From an uncultured Planctomycetota bacterium (GTDB taxonomy: Bacteria > Planctomycetota > Planctomycetia > Gemmatales > Gemmataceae), in contig CAWKHF010000005.1 of the NCBI GenBank assembly GCA_963849325.1, positions 64,001 through 128,000 of the forward strand: a stretch of DNA of 64,000 bases, in the 5' to 3' direction. Under the pieces are notes generated by a model. The model was not told the DNA's origin and made no database searches. It worked only from the letters and a program-made list of their open reading frames with translations. The position numbers and the translations under genes are program-made. Numbering within the stretch: the stretch's first letter is position 1; every line of letters begins with the position of its first letter. Positions 43,974 to 57,546 of the stretch are shown piece after piece.

Positions 43974-45023
43974 TTGATCGAGTCGCTTCGTCCCTGTATC
44001 CGCGCCATGGCCGGCTACGTTCCCGGCGAGCAGCCGCGCGACGGGACGTTCCTCAAACTCAACACCAACGAGAACCCCTACCCGCCCTCGCCGCGCGTCT
44101 TCGAGGCGCTGCACGCGGCGCTGACCGGCGATCGGCTGCGCAAGTATCCCGATCCGTCGGGGACGCACTTCCGCCAGACGGCGGGCAACGTGCTGGGCGT
44201 CGATCCCGATAGCATCCTCATCGGCAACGGCTCCGATGATGTCTTGACCATCCTCACGCGCGCCTTCGTTCCCGAGGGCGGTCTCGTCGTCTCGCCGACG
44301 CCGAGCTATTTGCTGTATCACACGCTGGCGAGCTTGCAGGGAGCGCGGTTTTTGACCGTGCCGTTCCTGGTCGATTGGAAATTGCCGGACCCGTGGCCGG
44401 TTCGCTACGCCAACCTGACCTTCCTCGCCAATCCCAATTCGCCTTCCGGGACGGTCGTTTCGCTGGCGGAGATCGATCGACTGCGCGGCAGCCTCGACGG
44501 GCCGCTGGTTGTCGATGAGGCGTACGCCGACTTCGCCGAGAACAACGCCCTGGAGCTGGTCCAGCGCGGGGCGAAGGATGTCGTGGTGACGCGCTCGTTC
44601 AGCAAATCGTACAGTTTGGCCGGCATTCGCTTCGGCTTCGCCGTGGCCGACCCGGCGGTGATTTCGCATCTGTTGAAAGTGAAGGATTCCTACAATTGCG
44701 ATGTACTCAGTCTCGTCGCGGCGGCGGCGGCCATCGAGGACCAGGATTATTTCCGCACCATCCGCGACCGCATCCGGGCGACGCGCGGCCGCATGGAGAC
44801 GGCCCTGACCGATCTGGGGTTTCTCATTTGTCCGAGTCAGGCGAACTTCGTGTGGTGCCGGCGGGAAGATCGAGCCGTCAAACCGATCTATGAAGAGCTA
44901 AAAAAGCGCAATATCCTGGTGCGCTACATGAATTACGAAGGGTATGGCGACGGCCTGCGCATCTCGGTCGGGACCGAGGACGAGATCGACCGGCTGCTGG
45001 CTGAATTCAGGGCGATTTTGTGA
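43974..45023 (+). CDS. hisC: Histidinol-phosphate aminotransferase
   Basis: KLNTNENPYPPSP, GNGSDD, VDEAY, RSFSKSYSLAGIR. Confidence 0.96.
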   Translation: MIESLRPCIRAMAGYVPGEQPRDGTFLKLNTNENPYPPSPRVFEALHAALTGDRLRKYPDPSGTHFRQTAGNVLGVDPDSILIGNGSDDVLTILTRAFVPEGGLVVSPTPSYLLYHTLASLQGARFLTVPFLVDWKLPDPWPVRYANLTFLANPNSPSGTVVSLAEIDRLRGSLDGPLVVDEAYADFAENNALELVQRGAKDVVVTRSFSKSYSLAGIRFGFAVADPAVISHLLKVKDSYNCDVLSLVAAAAAIEDQDYFRTIRDRIRATRGRMETALTDLGFLICPSQANFVWCRREDRAVKPIYEELKKRNILVRYMNYEGYGDGLRISVGTEDEIDRLLAEFRAIL

Positions 45024-45034
45024 GAGAAACGGGC

Positions 45035-45621
45035 ATGGCACGAACGGCACAGATCCACCGGGAGACCGGCGAGACCAAGATCGACCTGACCCTCGACCTC
45101 GACGGCAGCGGTCGGGCGACCGTGGCAACCGGCGTCGGCTTCTTCGATCACATGCTGACGCTGCTGACCCGGCACAGCCTGATCGATCTGACCGTGCAGG
45201 CGCGCGGCGATCTGCACGTGGACGCACACCACACCGTCGAGGACGTCGGCATCTGTTACGGCCGAGCGCTGGCGCAGGCGCTGGGCGACAAGGCCGGCAT
45301 CCGTCGCTACGGTGACGCCACGGTGCCGATGGACGAGACCTTGGTGACGGCGGCGATCGATTTGAGCGGCCGGCCGTTCTGCGTCTGGCGGGCCGACGTG
45401 CCAATGGAGACGCTGGGCAGCTTCAACGCGCCGTTGGCCGAGGAGTTCTGGCGGGCCGTGTCGTCGAGCGGGGCGCTGACCCTGCACGTCGTCTGCCATC
45501 ACGGCCGCAATACGCATCATATCGTCGAGGGGATTTTCAAGGCGACGGCGCGGCGCTGCGCCAGGCGGTCGAACTCGATCCGCGCGGCGGCGGCGTGCCC
45601 TCGACCAAGGGCGTGCTGTGA
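45035..45621 (+). CDS. hisB: Imidazoleglycerol-phosphate dehydratase (frameshift near the end)
   Basis: FFDHML, DAHHTVEDVG, PMDE, NTHHIVE, PSTKGVL. Confidence 0.96.
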
Positions 45622-45623
45622 GC

Positions 45624-45679
45624 GTCGGAGCCTGAAGCGTAAGCGAAGAGCACTCTTCGCTTACGCTTCAGGCTCCGAC
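45624..45679. repeat. Perfect palindrome between convergent genes (REP-like or bidirectional terminator)
   Basis: gtcggagcctgaagcgtaagcgaagag / ctcttcgcttacgcttcaggctccgac. Confidence 0.8.
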
Positions 45680-46517
45680 GAGACAAACTCCACCTTCACC
45701 GGATTGGAGATGATGCCGGCGCGATGGCCTTCGGCCAGCAGGCGGCGCACCGCCTCGCGGCCGCGCGCGCCGTAGTCCAGCGTCCAGTCGTTGACGTACA
45801 TGCCGACGAAGCGATCCGCCAGCGCCTTGTCCATGTCGCGCGCATACTGCAAGGCGTAGTCCAGGGCCGCGTCGCGGTGCGCCAGGGCGTAGCGGATGCT
45901 CTCCTTGAGCAGCCGGCTGATGGTGCGCATCGGTCTCGGTGCCGAGGTCGCGGCGCACCACGTTGCCGCCCAGCGGCAGCGGCAGGCCGGTCTTCTCCTG
46001 CCACCACACGCCCAGATCGACGACCAGGTGCAGCCCCTGGTTCTGGAACGTCAGCTGCCCTTCGTGGATGATGAGGCCGGCGTCGAAACGGCCCTCGGCC
46101 ACCGCGTTCAGGATCTGGTCGAACGGCACCACCTCGTAAGCGAAGCCGTCCGGCAGCAGCAGACGCAGGGCCAGGAACGCCGTCGTCAGCGTGCCGGGCA
46201 CGGCGATGCGTGCGGTTCGCAGCTCGCTCGACCGTCAGCGGCCGGCGGGCGACGACCATCGGGCCATAACGGTCGCCCATGCTGCATCCGCTGGGCAAGA
46301 GGGCGTACTTGTCGAGCAGCGATGCATAGGCGTGGATGCTGATGGCCGTCACTTCCAGCTCGCCGCGCAGGGCGCGGCGGTTGAGCGTCTCGATGTCCTG
46401 CAAAACGTGGCGGAATTGTAGATCGCCGGTGTCGAGCTTGTCGTGGGCCAGGGCGTAGAACATGAAGGCGTCGTCGGGGTCGGGACTGTGGCCGACGGTG
46501 ATCAATCGTTTGCTCAT
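45661..46517 (-). CDS. mqnD: 1,4-dihydroxy-6-naphthoate synthase (MqnD-like, futalosine pathway; frameshifted)
   Basis: [44 protein letters not shown]. Confidence 0.88.
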
Positions 46518-46606
46518 GAGAGGGGCCTGAAATAATCGTGGCGAAAAACATCCGATCCGCGGCTCGAAGGAGAGAACCGCAGGGAGGAGAGCGAGGTAAC
46601 GGGCGG

Positions 46607-47146
46607 TTACCGGAACACCGACTTGACGTCGGGACTGAGGAGCACGACCAAGGCCCAGATGCCGATGCCCTCCCCCAGACCGCAGCACGCCGTGGCCGAG
46701 ATGCACGGGATGGCAGCGGAAATCGCTCCGCACAGGGCCAGGGCGTAGGACTTCATCGATAGCATGCGCGCCCCCCCACGATGGGTAGGATCGAGGCCAG
46801 CAGGGCGAACAGGGTCAGCGGCCAGTTGATGAGCAGGGCCTGCATCTTCATCTCCGCGGCGCTCTTCGCCTCAGTGTCGCTGCATGGCCGGCGGCAGCAT
46901 CTCATACATCTGCATCTGCTGCGCCTTGAGCTTGTCCGCCGGCATCAACGTCGTCACGACACTGTTGAACACCATGTACAGGCCGAAGAACAGGTTGAGA
47001 ATGCCGACCACGATGAGGCCGATGGCGGGGGCCTGAACGCGGCCCTTCAGGCGGCTGGCGCCGCCCGGCAGCGGACGGTCGTCCTCGTAGGGTTCGCCGG
47101 GGCGAGGCTCGTCGGCGTCGTAGTTGCTGTAGGGGTCGTAACTCAT
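46607..47146 (-). CDS. Hypothetical membrane protein (frameshifted)
   Basis: VQAPAIGLIVVG and C-terminal GIWALVVLLSPDVKSVFR. Confidence 0.7.
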
Positions 47147-47417
47147 CGGTCTCTCTCCACGCGGATCGGCGGAGTCTGTAAGTTCGCCCTATTGTACAGG
47201 TTCGGCGACGAAAACGAAGAGGACGGCGAACCGGCCGACGGATCGCGCTGTCAAAATCCGCACAACGGGCGAGACGGGCAAACTCGACCGGGGCCAGCCG
47301 CGGCGGACGAATGGCACTGGACAAGATTTTTCCGACAGTTTAGAGTATTATTAGGACAGAGAGAACAAAACAGAAGTGTTGGAATCCTTAGTTACGGAGG
47401 TTTGTTTGACGACCGCA

Positions 47418-48650
47418 ATGATGGTGGAGCCGCGCAGCGGCTTCCACGACTTAGCCCTCTCCCCGCCGGTGCTGGCCGCGCTCGACCGAGCCGGTTACAG
47501 CGAACCCACCCCGATTCAGGCCGCTTTCATTCCCGAAGCCCTCACCGGACGCGACGTCATCGGCCAGGCCCAGACCGGCACCGGCAAAACCGCCGCCTTT
47601 CTGCTGCCCTTCCTCAACGGCTGGCGCGACGACAACCGGCCAGGACCGCAAGCCCTGGTGCTGGCGCCGACGCGCGAACTGGTCGTGCAGGTCAGCGAGG
47701 AGGCGGCCAAGCTGATGCCGAGCAGTCACTGCCGGGCCGTGCCCATCTACGGCGGCCAGCGCTTCGGCCAGCAATTGACTCTGCTGCGTCGCGGCTGCAA
47801 CATCGCCGTCGGCACGCCGGGCCGCGTCCTCGACCACCTGTCGCGCGGCACGCTGACGCTGGATCACGTCCGCTACGTCGTCCTCGACGAGGCCGACCGC
47901 ATGCTCGACATCGGCTTTCGACCGGACATCGAGAGGATCCTGCGCCGCTGCCCGCAGCAGCGCCAGACCTTGCTGCTGTCCGCCACGGTGCCGCCGCCGG
48001 TGCTGCGGCTGGCCCAGCGCTACATGGTCGATCCGCTCAACATCAACCTGTCGCCGGCCAAGATCACCGTCGAGAACATCCGCCAGACCTATTTCACCGT
48101 CGATGAGGACCGCAAGTTCGAGCTGCTCTTGAAAGTGTTCGAGCGCGAGGAGCCGCGACAGTGCATCATCTTCTGCGAGCGCAAGCGCTGGGTGGAAGAC
48201 GTGTACCGCATGTTGCGCAAGCACCACCGGCGCGTGGCGGCGATGCACGGCGATCTGCCGCAGTCGATGCGCAACCGCATCATGCAGGGCTTCCGCGACG
48301 GCAAGATCACCTACCTGGTGGCCACCGACGTGGTCGGTCGCGGCATCGACGTGCGGAACATCTCGCACGTCATCAACTACGACATCCCGATCGATTCGGA
48401 GAATTACGTCCATCGCATCGGCCGAACCGGCCGCATCGGCGCCGACGGCGTGGCCATCGCCTTCGTCACGCCCGAACAGGGCGAGCACCTGACCGAGATC
48501 GAGCGCTTCATCAACAAGCAGATCGACGAGGACCAGATGCCCGACTTCCAGGCGTACACGCCGCGCGTTCGCGTCGAGAAGTCGGAGTCTCCGCGCCGCG
48601 CCGCCCCGGTCTTCGGTCGCCGCGTCAAGCGCTACAGCAATCGGCTGTAA
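47418..48650 (+). CDS. DEAD-box RNA helicase
   Basis: PTPIQ, AQTGTGKT, PTREL, LDEADRM, SAT, HRIGRTGR. Confidence 0.96.
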   Translation: MMVEPRSGFHDLALSPPVLAALDRAGYSEPTPIQAAFIPEALTGRDVIGQAQTGTGKTAAFLLPFLNGWRDDNRPGPQALVLAPTRELVVQVSEEAAKLMPSSHCRAVPIYGGQRFGQQLTLLRRGCNIAVGTPGRVLDHLSRGTLTLDHVRYVVLDEADRMLDIGFRPDIERILRRCPQQRQTLLLSATVPPPVLRLAQRYMVDPLNINLSPAKITVENIRQTYFTVDEDRKFELLLKVFEREEPRQCIIFCERKRWVEDVYRMLRKHHRRVAAMHGDLPQSMRNRIMQGFRDGKITYLVATDVVGRGIDVRNISHVINYDIPIDSENYVHRIGRTGRIGADGVAIAFVTPEQGEHLTEIERFINKQIDEDQMPDFQAYTPRVRVEKSESPRRAAPVFGRRVKRYSNRL

Positions 48651-49513
48651 CCTCCTCCATCCGAGCCGCTTGCGACTTCTCGCTAAGCCGCAAGCGGCGC
48701 CCGCGTCCGGCACCTCCTCTTTTTTTCTCTTTTTTGCGCGAACCTTTTGCCCCTTTTCGCGTCTCTTCCTTTAGGGGGCGATTGTGTCCGTCCCCGGCGA
48801 ACTTTTTCCGAAAAGTTCTGTCACCAACGTCGAATACCTCCGTATCAACAAGAGCGAGGCTCATCCCCTCGAATTCGTTGACACCAACCTGTGAGGTAGC
48901 CGAGAAACCGTATCGATTCTTCGCTCCGATGGACTCGCTGGCGTGCGAGTCCGGTCAACCCTTCTCTCTCGATCGCCGGAGGTCTCCCATGGCCGTCCTG
49001 AATCGGAAATCCCTGGTGCTGCAAGGCTCCGCCGTCCTGTGGGTCGGCAAGGCCGGCAATCCGCGCCTCGGTACCGGTTCAGCGGCCAGCCCCGAGACCC
49101 CGGAGGTCCGCATCTCCATGCGACACCCGTCGCTCGGCTGGGGGCAGGAATATCAACCTGCCCGGCGGCTACGTCCCGCGGACGCTTTCCGCATGGATTT
49201 CGTAGCTGCTTATGGGGCCGGTCGGTCCCGCCGTACAACGGGTATCCGTAGTCGAAGCCGCTTGCCTCGGACCACCGAGCCGGCTTCGATAAGGGGATGC
49301 GAGGTCCGCTAGTCGGCAGCCCCGACATCGACCATCACCCCAATCGAAACACGGAGTCGCCGTCACCCTCGACCTGGCCCGGCGAGCAGCCGCGCGTCCC
49401 GGTGCCTGGCTGAGACGGAAGCGCAACGGTCCCGCGGTTGATCCCCGCGGCGTCGTCCGCTCCCGCACGTGGTGCAAGTCCATTCGCGCATGGATCGAGA
49501 AGGGTATCTGCGA

Positions 49514-50095
49514 ATGTCCTGGATCGAGATCAAGATCCTGGTGGAGAAGGCGCAGGCCGGCGACCGGGCGGCTTACGGAGAGCTGATCGAGCGCTTCCAG
49601 CCGACGGTCTACGCGGTGGCGCTGGCGCGTCTGCGCAACCCGACGGAGGCGCAGGAGCTGGCGCAGGAGGTGTTCCTGCACGGCATGACCAAGCTGCCGC
49701 AGCTGCGCGACGCTCAGTGCTTCGCCGGCTGGCTGCGTCAGATCACGGTGCGCATGGCGCTCAACCGTCTGACGCGGCGCGGCCCGGTGCAGAAGGTCGA
49801 GCCGGAGGTGCTGGACAACGCCGAGGCCGCCGGCGCCAGCCCGCTGGAGACGCTGGTGCAGGCGGAGCAGGCGGCCGAGCTGTACCGCGGCCTGGATCGC
49901 CTCAAGCCGGTGGACCGCGCCACGCTGGTGGCGTTCTACCTGCGCGGCCGTTCGCTGCAGCAGATGAGCCGCGACTTCGAGGCGCCCGTCGGCACCATCA
50001 AGCGCCGTCTGCACGTCGCGCGCAATCGTCTCAAGAAGGCGATGGAGCGCGGCGCAGCCGGCAAGGCCCGCCGCCGTGAGGCGGCGTGCGTGTAA
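49514..50095 (+). CDS. ECF sigma-70 factor
   Basis: AQELAQEVF, FAGWLRQI, PVGTIKRRLHVAR. Confidence 0.92.
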   Translation: MSWIEIKILVEKAQAGDRAAYGELIERFQPTVYAVALARLRNPTEAQELAQEVFLHGMTKLPQLRDAQCFAGWLRQITVRMALNRLTRRGPVQKVEPEVLDNAEAAGASPLETLVQAEQAAELYRGLDRLKPVDRATLVAFYLRGRSLQQMSRDFEAPVGTIKRRLHVARNRLKKAMERGAAGKARRREAACV

Positions 50096-50129
50096 CCGCA
50101 CATGACCCTCGGCTCGCCGGGGACATGGG

Positions 50130-50168
50130 GAACGCCCGTCCTCCGTAAGAGGACGGGCGTTCTTTTTT
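50130..50168 (+). terminator. Rho-independent terminator
   Basis: gaacgcccgtcctc cgtaa gaggacgggcgttc followed by tttttt. Confidence 0.85.
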
Positions 50169-50244
50169 CTTGCCGTATCGCGGCCCCGACCCAACAATAC
50201 ACCTCCACGACCATCCATTCCGTCGGATGGCGGAGGGGTGACGG

Positions 50245-51832
50245 ATGTTGATCGGCTACGTCAGCGACGAGCGTTATGCGGCCCTGCCCGACGTGCTGCT
50301 GGAATTTGCCCGCGACAGCCAATCGTGGGAGACGCGCTCGCGCGCCAGCGGGGCCGTGTACGCCGAGCTGCCGCCCGGCGAGTACGAGGTGACGCTCGCC
50401 AAGCCCGGCTTCGGCGGCAAGCGCCTGCGTCTGACGCCGCGGCCGGGACAGCCGTATCACTTCCGCCTGCTCTCCGACGGCCTGCTCGGCTACGCCTGGC
50501 CCAAGTGCGTCCGCGCCGGCGAACGGGCCGAGTTCCGCGTCCACTCGGTCGAACCGTATCGGCTGGAGCTGTGGCGCTACGGCTGGCGCAAGGAGCGGGT
50601 GCGGAGCCTGGGCTGGCACGATGAACACGGCCCGCGCGCCGTCATGCAGATCACTCCCGACGGCGATTACACGCAGACCGGCGTGGCCTGGAACGAGGTC
50701 GGCTACGGCAGTCCGCACCACCGGCAATTCGTCGAGGCGCCGGCGCCGTCCGGTCTGTACTACTTCCACGCCCGCACTGGCTCCGGCCGCACGTTCGCCT
50801 TCCCGTGGGTCGTCGCTCCGGCCGCGCCGCAAGCCCCGGTGGCCGTGCTCGCCTCGAACATCACCTGGAACGCCTACAACAACTTCGGCGGCCGCAGCAA
50901 CTACATCCACGCCGACGCCTTTCCACCGACGCCGACCGTCAACGCACGCCAGGAACTGAAGCGCTACACCGATCCGCAGCACGCGACCTGGGGGGCGGCG
51001 TCGTATGCGCCGTTGTCGTTCGACCGTCCCGAGCCGATCAACGACATCGACCCCAACGAGGAGATCACTGACCCGATCGAGGGTCGGGCCGCCTGCCACG
51101 TCGCTCCCGCCGAGTGGCGCCTGCTCGGCTGGCTCCAGCGCGAAGGCTTCGCCTATGACCTTTATGCCGAAACACAGCTCCATCACGGCGTCCTCGACCT
51201 CGCCGCCTACCGCGTGCTCATTCTCGAGCACCCACCCGGAATATTGGACAAAAGAGATGTATTTTCGCGTCAAGACGTGGGTGTTCGAGCGCGGCGGTCG
51301 GCTGATGTACCTGGGCGGCAACGGCCTCAACAGCGAGGTCGAATTGCTGGAAGGCGAGCGCATGATCGTCCACAACGGCGTCCTCCGCAGTCTGTGGCCG
51401 GAAGGCATCGGCGCCGAGAGCCGCTTCGCCAAACGGCAGGAATCGGAGGCGAACCTGCTGGGCGTCGTCTTTTCGCCTGCGGGCATGATGACCGGAGCGC
51501 CGTATCGCGTTGTCGATGCTGCCCACTGGGCGTTCGCCGGCACCGGCCTGCGCGGCGGCGACCTGTTCGGCGAGAAATGTCTGCACCAGCGCTGCCCCGG
51601 CGGCGCCTCCGGGCACGAGACGGACAAGCGGTCGCCGAGTTCGCCGCCGAACGTGCGGCTGCTGGCCAAGGGCACCAATCCCGACGATGGCGGGGCGGAG
51701 ATGGTTCACTTCGACACGCCCAGCGGCGGCGCCGTGTTTTCTGCCGGTTCGATTTGTTACCCCAGTTCGCTGCCGGTGGATGACAACGTCTCGAAGATCA
51801 CGGCGAACGTGCTGCGGCGATTTCTGCAATAA
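50245..51832 (+). CDS. N,N-dimethylformamidase large-subunit-like protein (frameshifted)
   Basis: TWNAYNNFGGRSNY, LSFDRP, HPEYWT, LMYLGGN, GGAVFSAGS. Confidence 0.75.
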
Positions 51833-51965
51833 TCCCCTTCGCGCTCCCCTTTTCACATTTTTCTCTCACTCGCGCGTTGTTCTTCCCCCTCGGTTTGCCT
51901 TATATTGAATCATCCTGCCCTCGCGTCCACCGATGACCCGCAACGACTGCCACAGCGAGGTTTCG

Positions 51966-54343
51966 ATGAAACCGTTTGCTTGTTCCTGCCTGGTCCTGAC
52001 CGTCCTGTTCGCCATCCCCGCACGAGCGTCGTCCGCCGAATCGGACGTCGATTACAACCGCGACATCCGGCCGATCCTGTCGAAGAATTGCTTCGCCTGC
52101 CACGGCCAGGACGACGGCCATCGCGCCGCCAAGCTGCGCCTGGACCGCCGCGAAACGGCCGTCCTGCCGCGCAAGCGCGGCGCCGCCGTCGTGCCGGGCG
52201 CGCCCGAAAAGAGCCTGGTCATTGCGCATCACCAGCGCCGATGAGGACGAACGCATGCCGCCGATGCAGACCGGCAATTCGCTGACGACGGCGCAGATAG
52301 CGACGCTGAAGCGCTGGATCGCCCGGGGGGCGACGTATGCCGAGCACTGGGCGTTCGTCAAGCCGACGCGCCGGCCACTGCCCGAAGTCCGACATCGCGC
52401 CTGGCCGCGCCGCGAACTCGATTTCTTCGTGCTGGCCCGACTGGAGAAAGAGGGACTGTCGCCGACGACGGAGGCGGATCGGTATACACTACTGCGCCGC
52501 GTCAGTCTCGACCTGCGCGGCCTGCCGCCGACGCCGCGAGAGGTGGAGGCGTTTGTCCGGGACACCTCGGCCGACGCCTACGAGAAGGCGGTCGATCGCT
52601 TCTTGCAGGACGCCGCCTACGGCGAACGCTGGGCGCGGATGTGGCTGGACCTGGCTCGCTACGCCGACTCAGCCGGCTACGGCTCCGATCCGCTGCGGCC
52701 CAACATTTGGCCCTACCGCGATTGGGTCATCGACGCCTTCAACCGCAACCTGCCCTTCGACCAGCTCACCCGCGAACAGCTGGCCGGCGACCTGCTGCCG
52801 CAGCCGGCGCTCGACCAGCGTATCGCCACCGCCTTCCACCGCAACACCATGACCAACACCGAGGGCGGCACCGACGATGAGGAGTTTCGCGTCGCCGCCG
52901 TCAAGGATCGCGTCGATACGACCCTGCAAGTGTGGATGGGCCTGACGATGGGCTGCGCCAAGTGCCACAGCCATAAATACGATCCCATAACTCAAAAAGA
53001 ATACTATCGCTTTTTCGCGTTCTTCAATCAGACGGCCGACAACGATCAGCCGGACGAACGACCGACGCTAGCCGTGCCGACGGTCCAGCAGCGCCAGAGG
53101 AATCGGGACATCGACCAGCGGATCGCCGAGCGGAAAAAACGACTGGCGGAGCCAGCGCGAGTTGCCGTGGCTGCCGTGCGACGGACGGCAATCCCCGTCG
53201 AGTCGCTGTCTCTCCTCGGCGAGATCGCGAAGCTGGAAAAGTCGCGTCCGGCCATTCTCGCGGTGCCGGTCATGGAAGAACTGCCGGCCCATCGGCAGCG
53301 GCAGACGCACCTCATGGTCAAAGGCAACTTCCTCAACCCGGGCGAGAAGGTCGAGCCGGGCGTGCCGGCGGCTTTTCATCCGTGGCCGAAGGATGCGCCG
53401 CTCAACCGCCTCGGTATGGCGAAGTGGCTGCTCGACCCGGACAATCCGCTGACCGCCCGCGTCGCCGTCAATCGCTACTGGGCCCAGCTGTTCGGCACCG
53501 GCCTCGTCGAGACCGAGGAAGACTTCGGCACGCAGGGCGAGATGCCCAGCCATCCTGAATTGCTCGACTGGTTGGCCACCGAGTACGTGCGGCTCGGCTG
53601 GGACACCAAGGCGTTTTTGAAACTACTGGTTACGTCGGCGACCTACCGGCAGTCGTCGCGGGTGATGCCGGAGGTATTGGCGAAAGATCCGCGCAATCGC
53701 CTGTTGTCGCGTGGGCCGCGTTTCCGATTGGAGGCGGAGATGGTGCGCGATCAGGCGCTGGCCCTGAGTGGCCTGCTCAGCCGCAAGATGCACGGTCCTT
53801 CGGTCTATCCGCCGCAACCGCCGGGGCTGTGGCAGGCCGCCTTCAACGGCCAGCGCACCTGGGCAATGAGCAGCGGCGTGGATCGCTATCGCCGCGGTCT
53901 GTACACGTTCTGGCGGCGCACGGTGCCGTATCCGTCGATGGCCGCCTTCGACGCCACCAGCCGCGAGACCTGCACCGTTCGCCGCATCCGCACCAACACG
54001 CCGCTGCAAGCGTTCGTCACCCTGAACGATCCGGTATACGTCGAGGCGGCGCAGGCATGGCGCGACGGATCGTCAAGGAAGGCGGAGCGACCGCCGAGGA
54101 CCGCGCCGCTTCGCGCTGAGGTTGTGCTTGTGCCGCCCGCCACGGCCGGAGCAGGTCAAGCACGTGATGACGCTGTTCGAGACGGAGCACAGGCATTATC
54201 GCCAGGACACGAAAGCGGCGCTGGCCCTGGCGACCGACCCGCTCGGCTCGCTGCCGGTCGGGATGAACGCGGCCGAGGCAGCGGCGTGGACGGTGGTGGC
54301 GAACGTGCTGCTGAATCTCGACGCGGTGCTGATGAAAGGATAA
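51966..54343 (+). CDS. Planctomycete cytochrome c / DUF1549 / DUF1553 protein (frameshifted)
   Basis: CFACH and CAKCHSHKYDP, WLDLARYADS, RTNTPLQA. Confidence 0.92.
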
Positions 54344-54407
54344 GAATCGCGGGAGTGCCGCAGTACAATATCGGCAACCATTGTCCGTTGAGTAAAGGAG
54401 GATAATC

Positions 54408-54812
54408 ATGATCTCTGATGAGGCCGCCCAGCAGTTGCACGACCGAGCGACACGGGGAGAACCGTTGTCCGCGGAAGAGCGAGCTATCCTTGATGCCTGG
54501 TACGCGCGGCAAGACGCGGAGGAAGCAGAGCAGCTGGCGATTGGCTGGCTGGAGCAAGAAACATCCCTGCGCGAACGGATGAAAGATGTCCTCACGCGAA
54601 TGACGCTCCTCACGCAGAAGATGCAAGAAGCGATAGTGGAGAGCAAACAGTTGCAAGAAGAACTCGCCGCACTCTCGAAGTCGTCGCTTGAGGCGGAAAT
54701 TGCGGACATCCGTCAGGCCTATCCACTCATGGACGCCGTGGCGCGCCAAGAAGGTTGGGATGATCCAGAGATGGATAGCTACGACATTTACGCACGGAAA
54801 CCTCAACAATGA
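54408..54812 (+). CDS. Hypothetical protein, antitoxin-like C-terminus
   Basis: Ends EGWDDPEMDSYD and overlaps a MazF-like start. Confidence 0.6.
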   Translation: MISDEAAQQLHDRATRGEPLSAEERAILDAWYARQDAEEAEQLAIGWLEQETSLRERMKDVLTRMTLLTQKMQEAIVESKQLQEELAALSKSSLEAEIADIRQAYPLMDAVARQEGWDDPEMDSYDIYARKPQQ

Positions 54813-55059
54813 GCATCCACCGGGGTGATGTAATCATTATTGATTGGCCATTCGGAGCAGGCATTGGGGGAAAGGCTCGGCCGGCATCGTGATCCAGAAT
54901 GACCGCGATAACGCTCGACTAACCGCTATCATTGTGGCCATGATTACCAGCCGTACTCATCGCTCCAGGGAGCCAACACAGGTACTGGTCGATGTGAGTA
55001 CGTCCGCGCTGCTTCAGCAAGTCGAGGCCGCGCTGAAGGTGGCTTTGGAATTAACCTGA
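54809..55059 (+). pseudogene. MazF/PemK toxin remnant
   Basis: MSIHRGDVIIIDWPF..GKARPA / IVIQND...IIVAMITS. Frameshifted and shortened. Confidence 0.75.
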
Positions 55060-55117
55060 TGCCGTAGGCGGGACGCCGCCCACCTGGCGAGAGTATCTTA
55101 ACGAAAGGCTGATCCTC

Positions 55118-56562
<1,445 letters not shown>

Positions 56563-56571
56563 GAGTCCACT

Positions 56572-57447
56572 ATGTTCCCGAGCATCGACCGCCGCGCGTT
56601 CTTGCAATCCACCCTGGCGACGACGGCGGCCCTTGCGGCCGGCGCCGCCGCTGACGCCGAGGAGAAAAAACCAAGGCTCAAGAAGGCCGTCAAGTTCGAC
56701 ATGATCCGCATCAAAGGATCGATCCAGGAGAAATTCGAGCTGATCAAATCGCTCGGCTTTCGCGGCGTCGAGATGAATAGCCCCAGCGACATCAACAAGG
56801 ACGAAGCGGTCAAGGCCCGCGACAAGACCGGCATCGTCATTCACGGCGTCATCGACTCGGTTCACTGGCGCGACACGCTGTCGCACCCCGACGCGACGGT
56901 GCGCGCCCGCGGACTGGCGGCCCTCGAAACCGCCTTGAAGGACGCCAACGTCTACGGCGCCGACACCGCTCTGCTCGTGCCTGGCGTCGTCAACAAGGAC
57001 GTTACCTATGAGCAGTGCTGGCAGCGCTCCTCGGCCGAGGTGCGCAAGGCCATCCCGCTGGCCGAGAAGCTCGGCGTCAAGATCGCCATCGAGGTCGTGT
57101 GGAACAACTTCCTCACCAAGCCGGAACAGCTGGTCGAGTACGTGGACCAGTTCAAGACGTCCTACGTCGGCGCCTATTTCGATTGCAGCAACATGATCAA
57201 GTACGGCGTCAAGCCCGGCGACTGGGTTCGCAAGCTCGGCAAGCGCATGCTCAAGTTCGACTTCAAGGGCTACAGCAAGAGCAAGGGCTGGGTGCCGATC
57301 GGCGAGGGCGATGAGGATTGGCCGGACATTCTCCAGGCGTTGGTCGAAGTCGGCTATCACGGCTGGGCGACGGCCGAGGTCGCCGGCGGCGGGCCGAAGG
57401 AACTCAAGGACGTTGCCGAGCGCATGAACAAGATCCTGGGGACGTGA
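56572..57447 (+). CDS. Tat-exported sugar phosphate isomerase/epimerase (xylose isomerase-like TIM barrel)
   Basis: DRRAFL signal, IAIEVVWNNFL, YFDCSN, IGEGDEDW. Confidence 0.85.
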   Translation: MFPSIDRRAFLQSTLATTAALAAGAAADAEEKKPRLKKAVKFDMIRIKGSIQEKFELIKSLGFRGVEMNSPSDINKDEAVKARDKTGIVIHGVIDSVHWRDTLSHPDATVRARGLAALETALKDANVYGADTALLVPGVVNKDVTYEQCWQRSSAEVRKAIPLAEKLGVKIAIEVVWNNFLTKPEQLVEYVDQFKTSYVGAYFDCSNMIKYGVKPGDWVRKLGKRMLKFDFKGYSKSKGWVPIGEGDEDWPDILQALVEVGYHGWATAEVAGGGPKELKDVAERMNKILGT

Positions 57448-57546
57448 CACGGACGACGGACGCCGCCGCGTCGATCCCGTAAAACAATCGGTGCCGTGTC
57501 GGCGTTCATCGCCCCTCATGTCTGTCAGATGGAGGAGGACATACCC

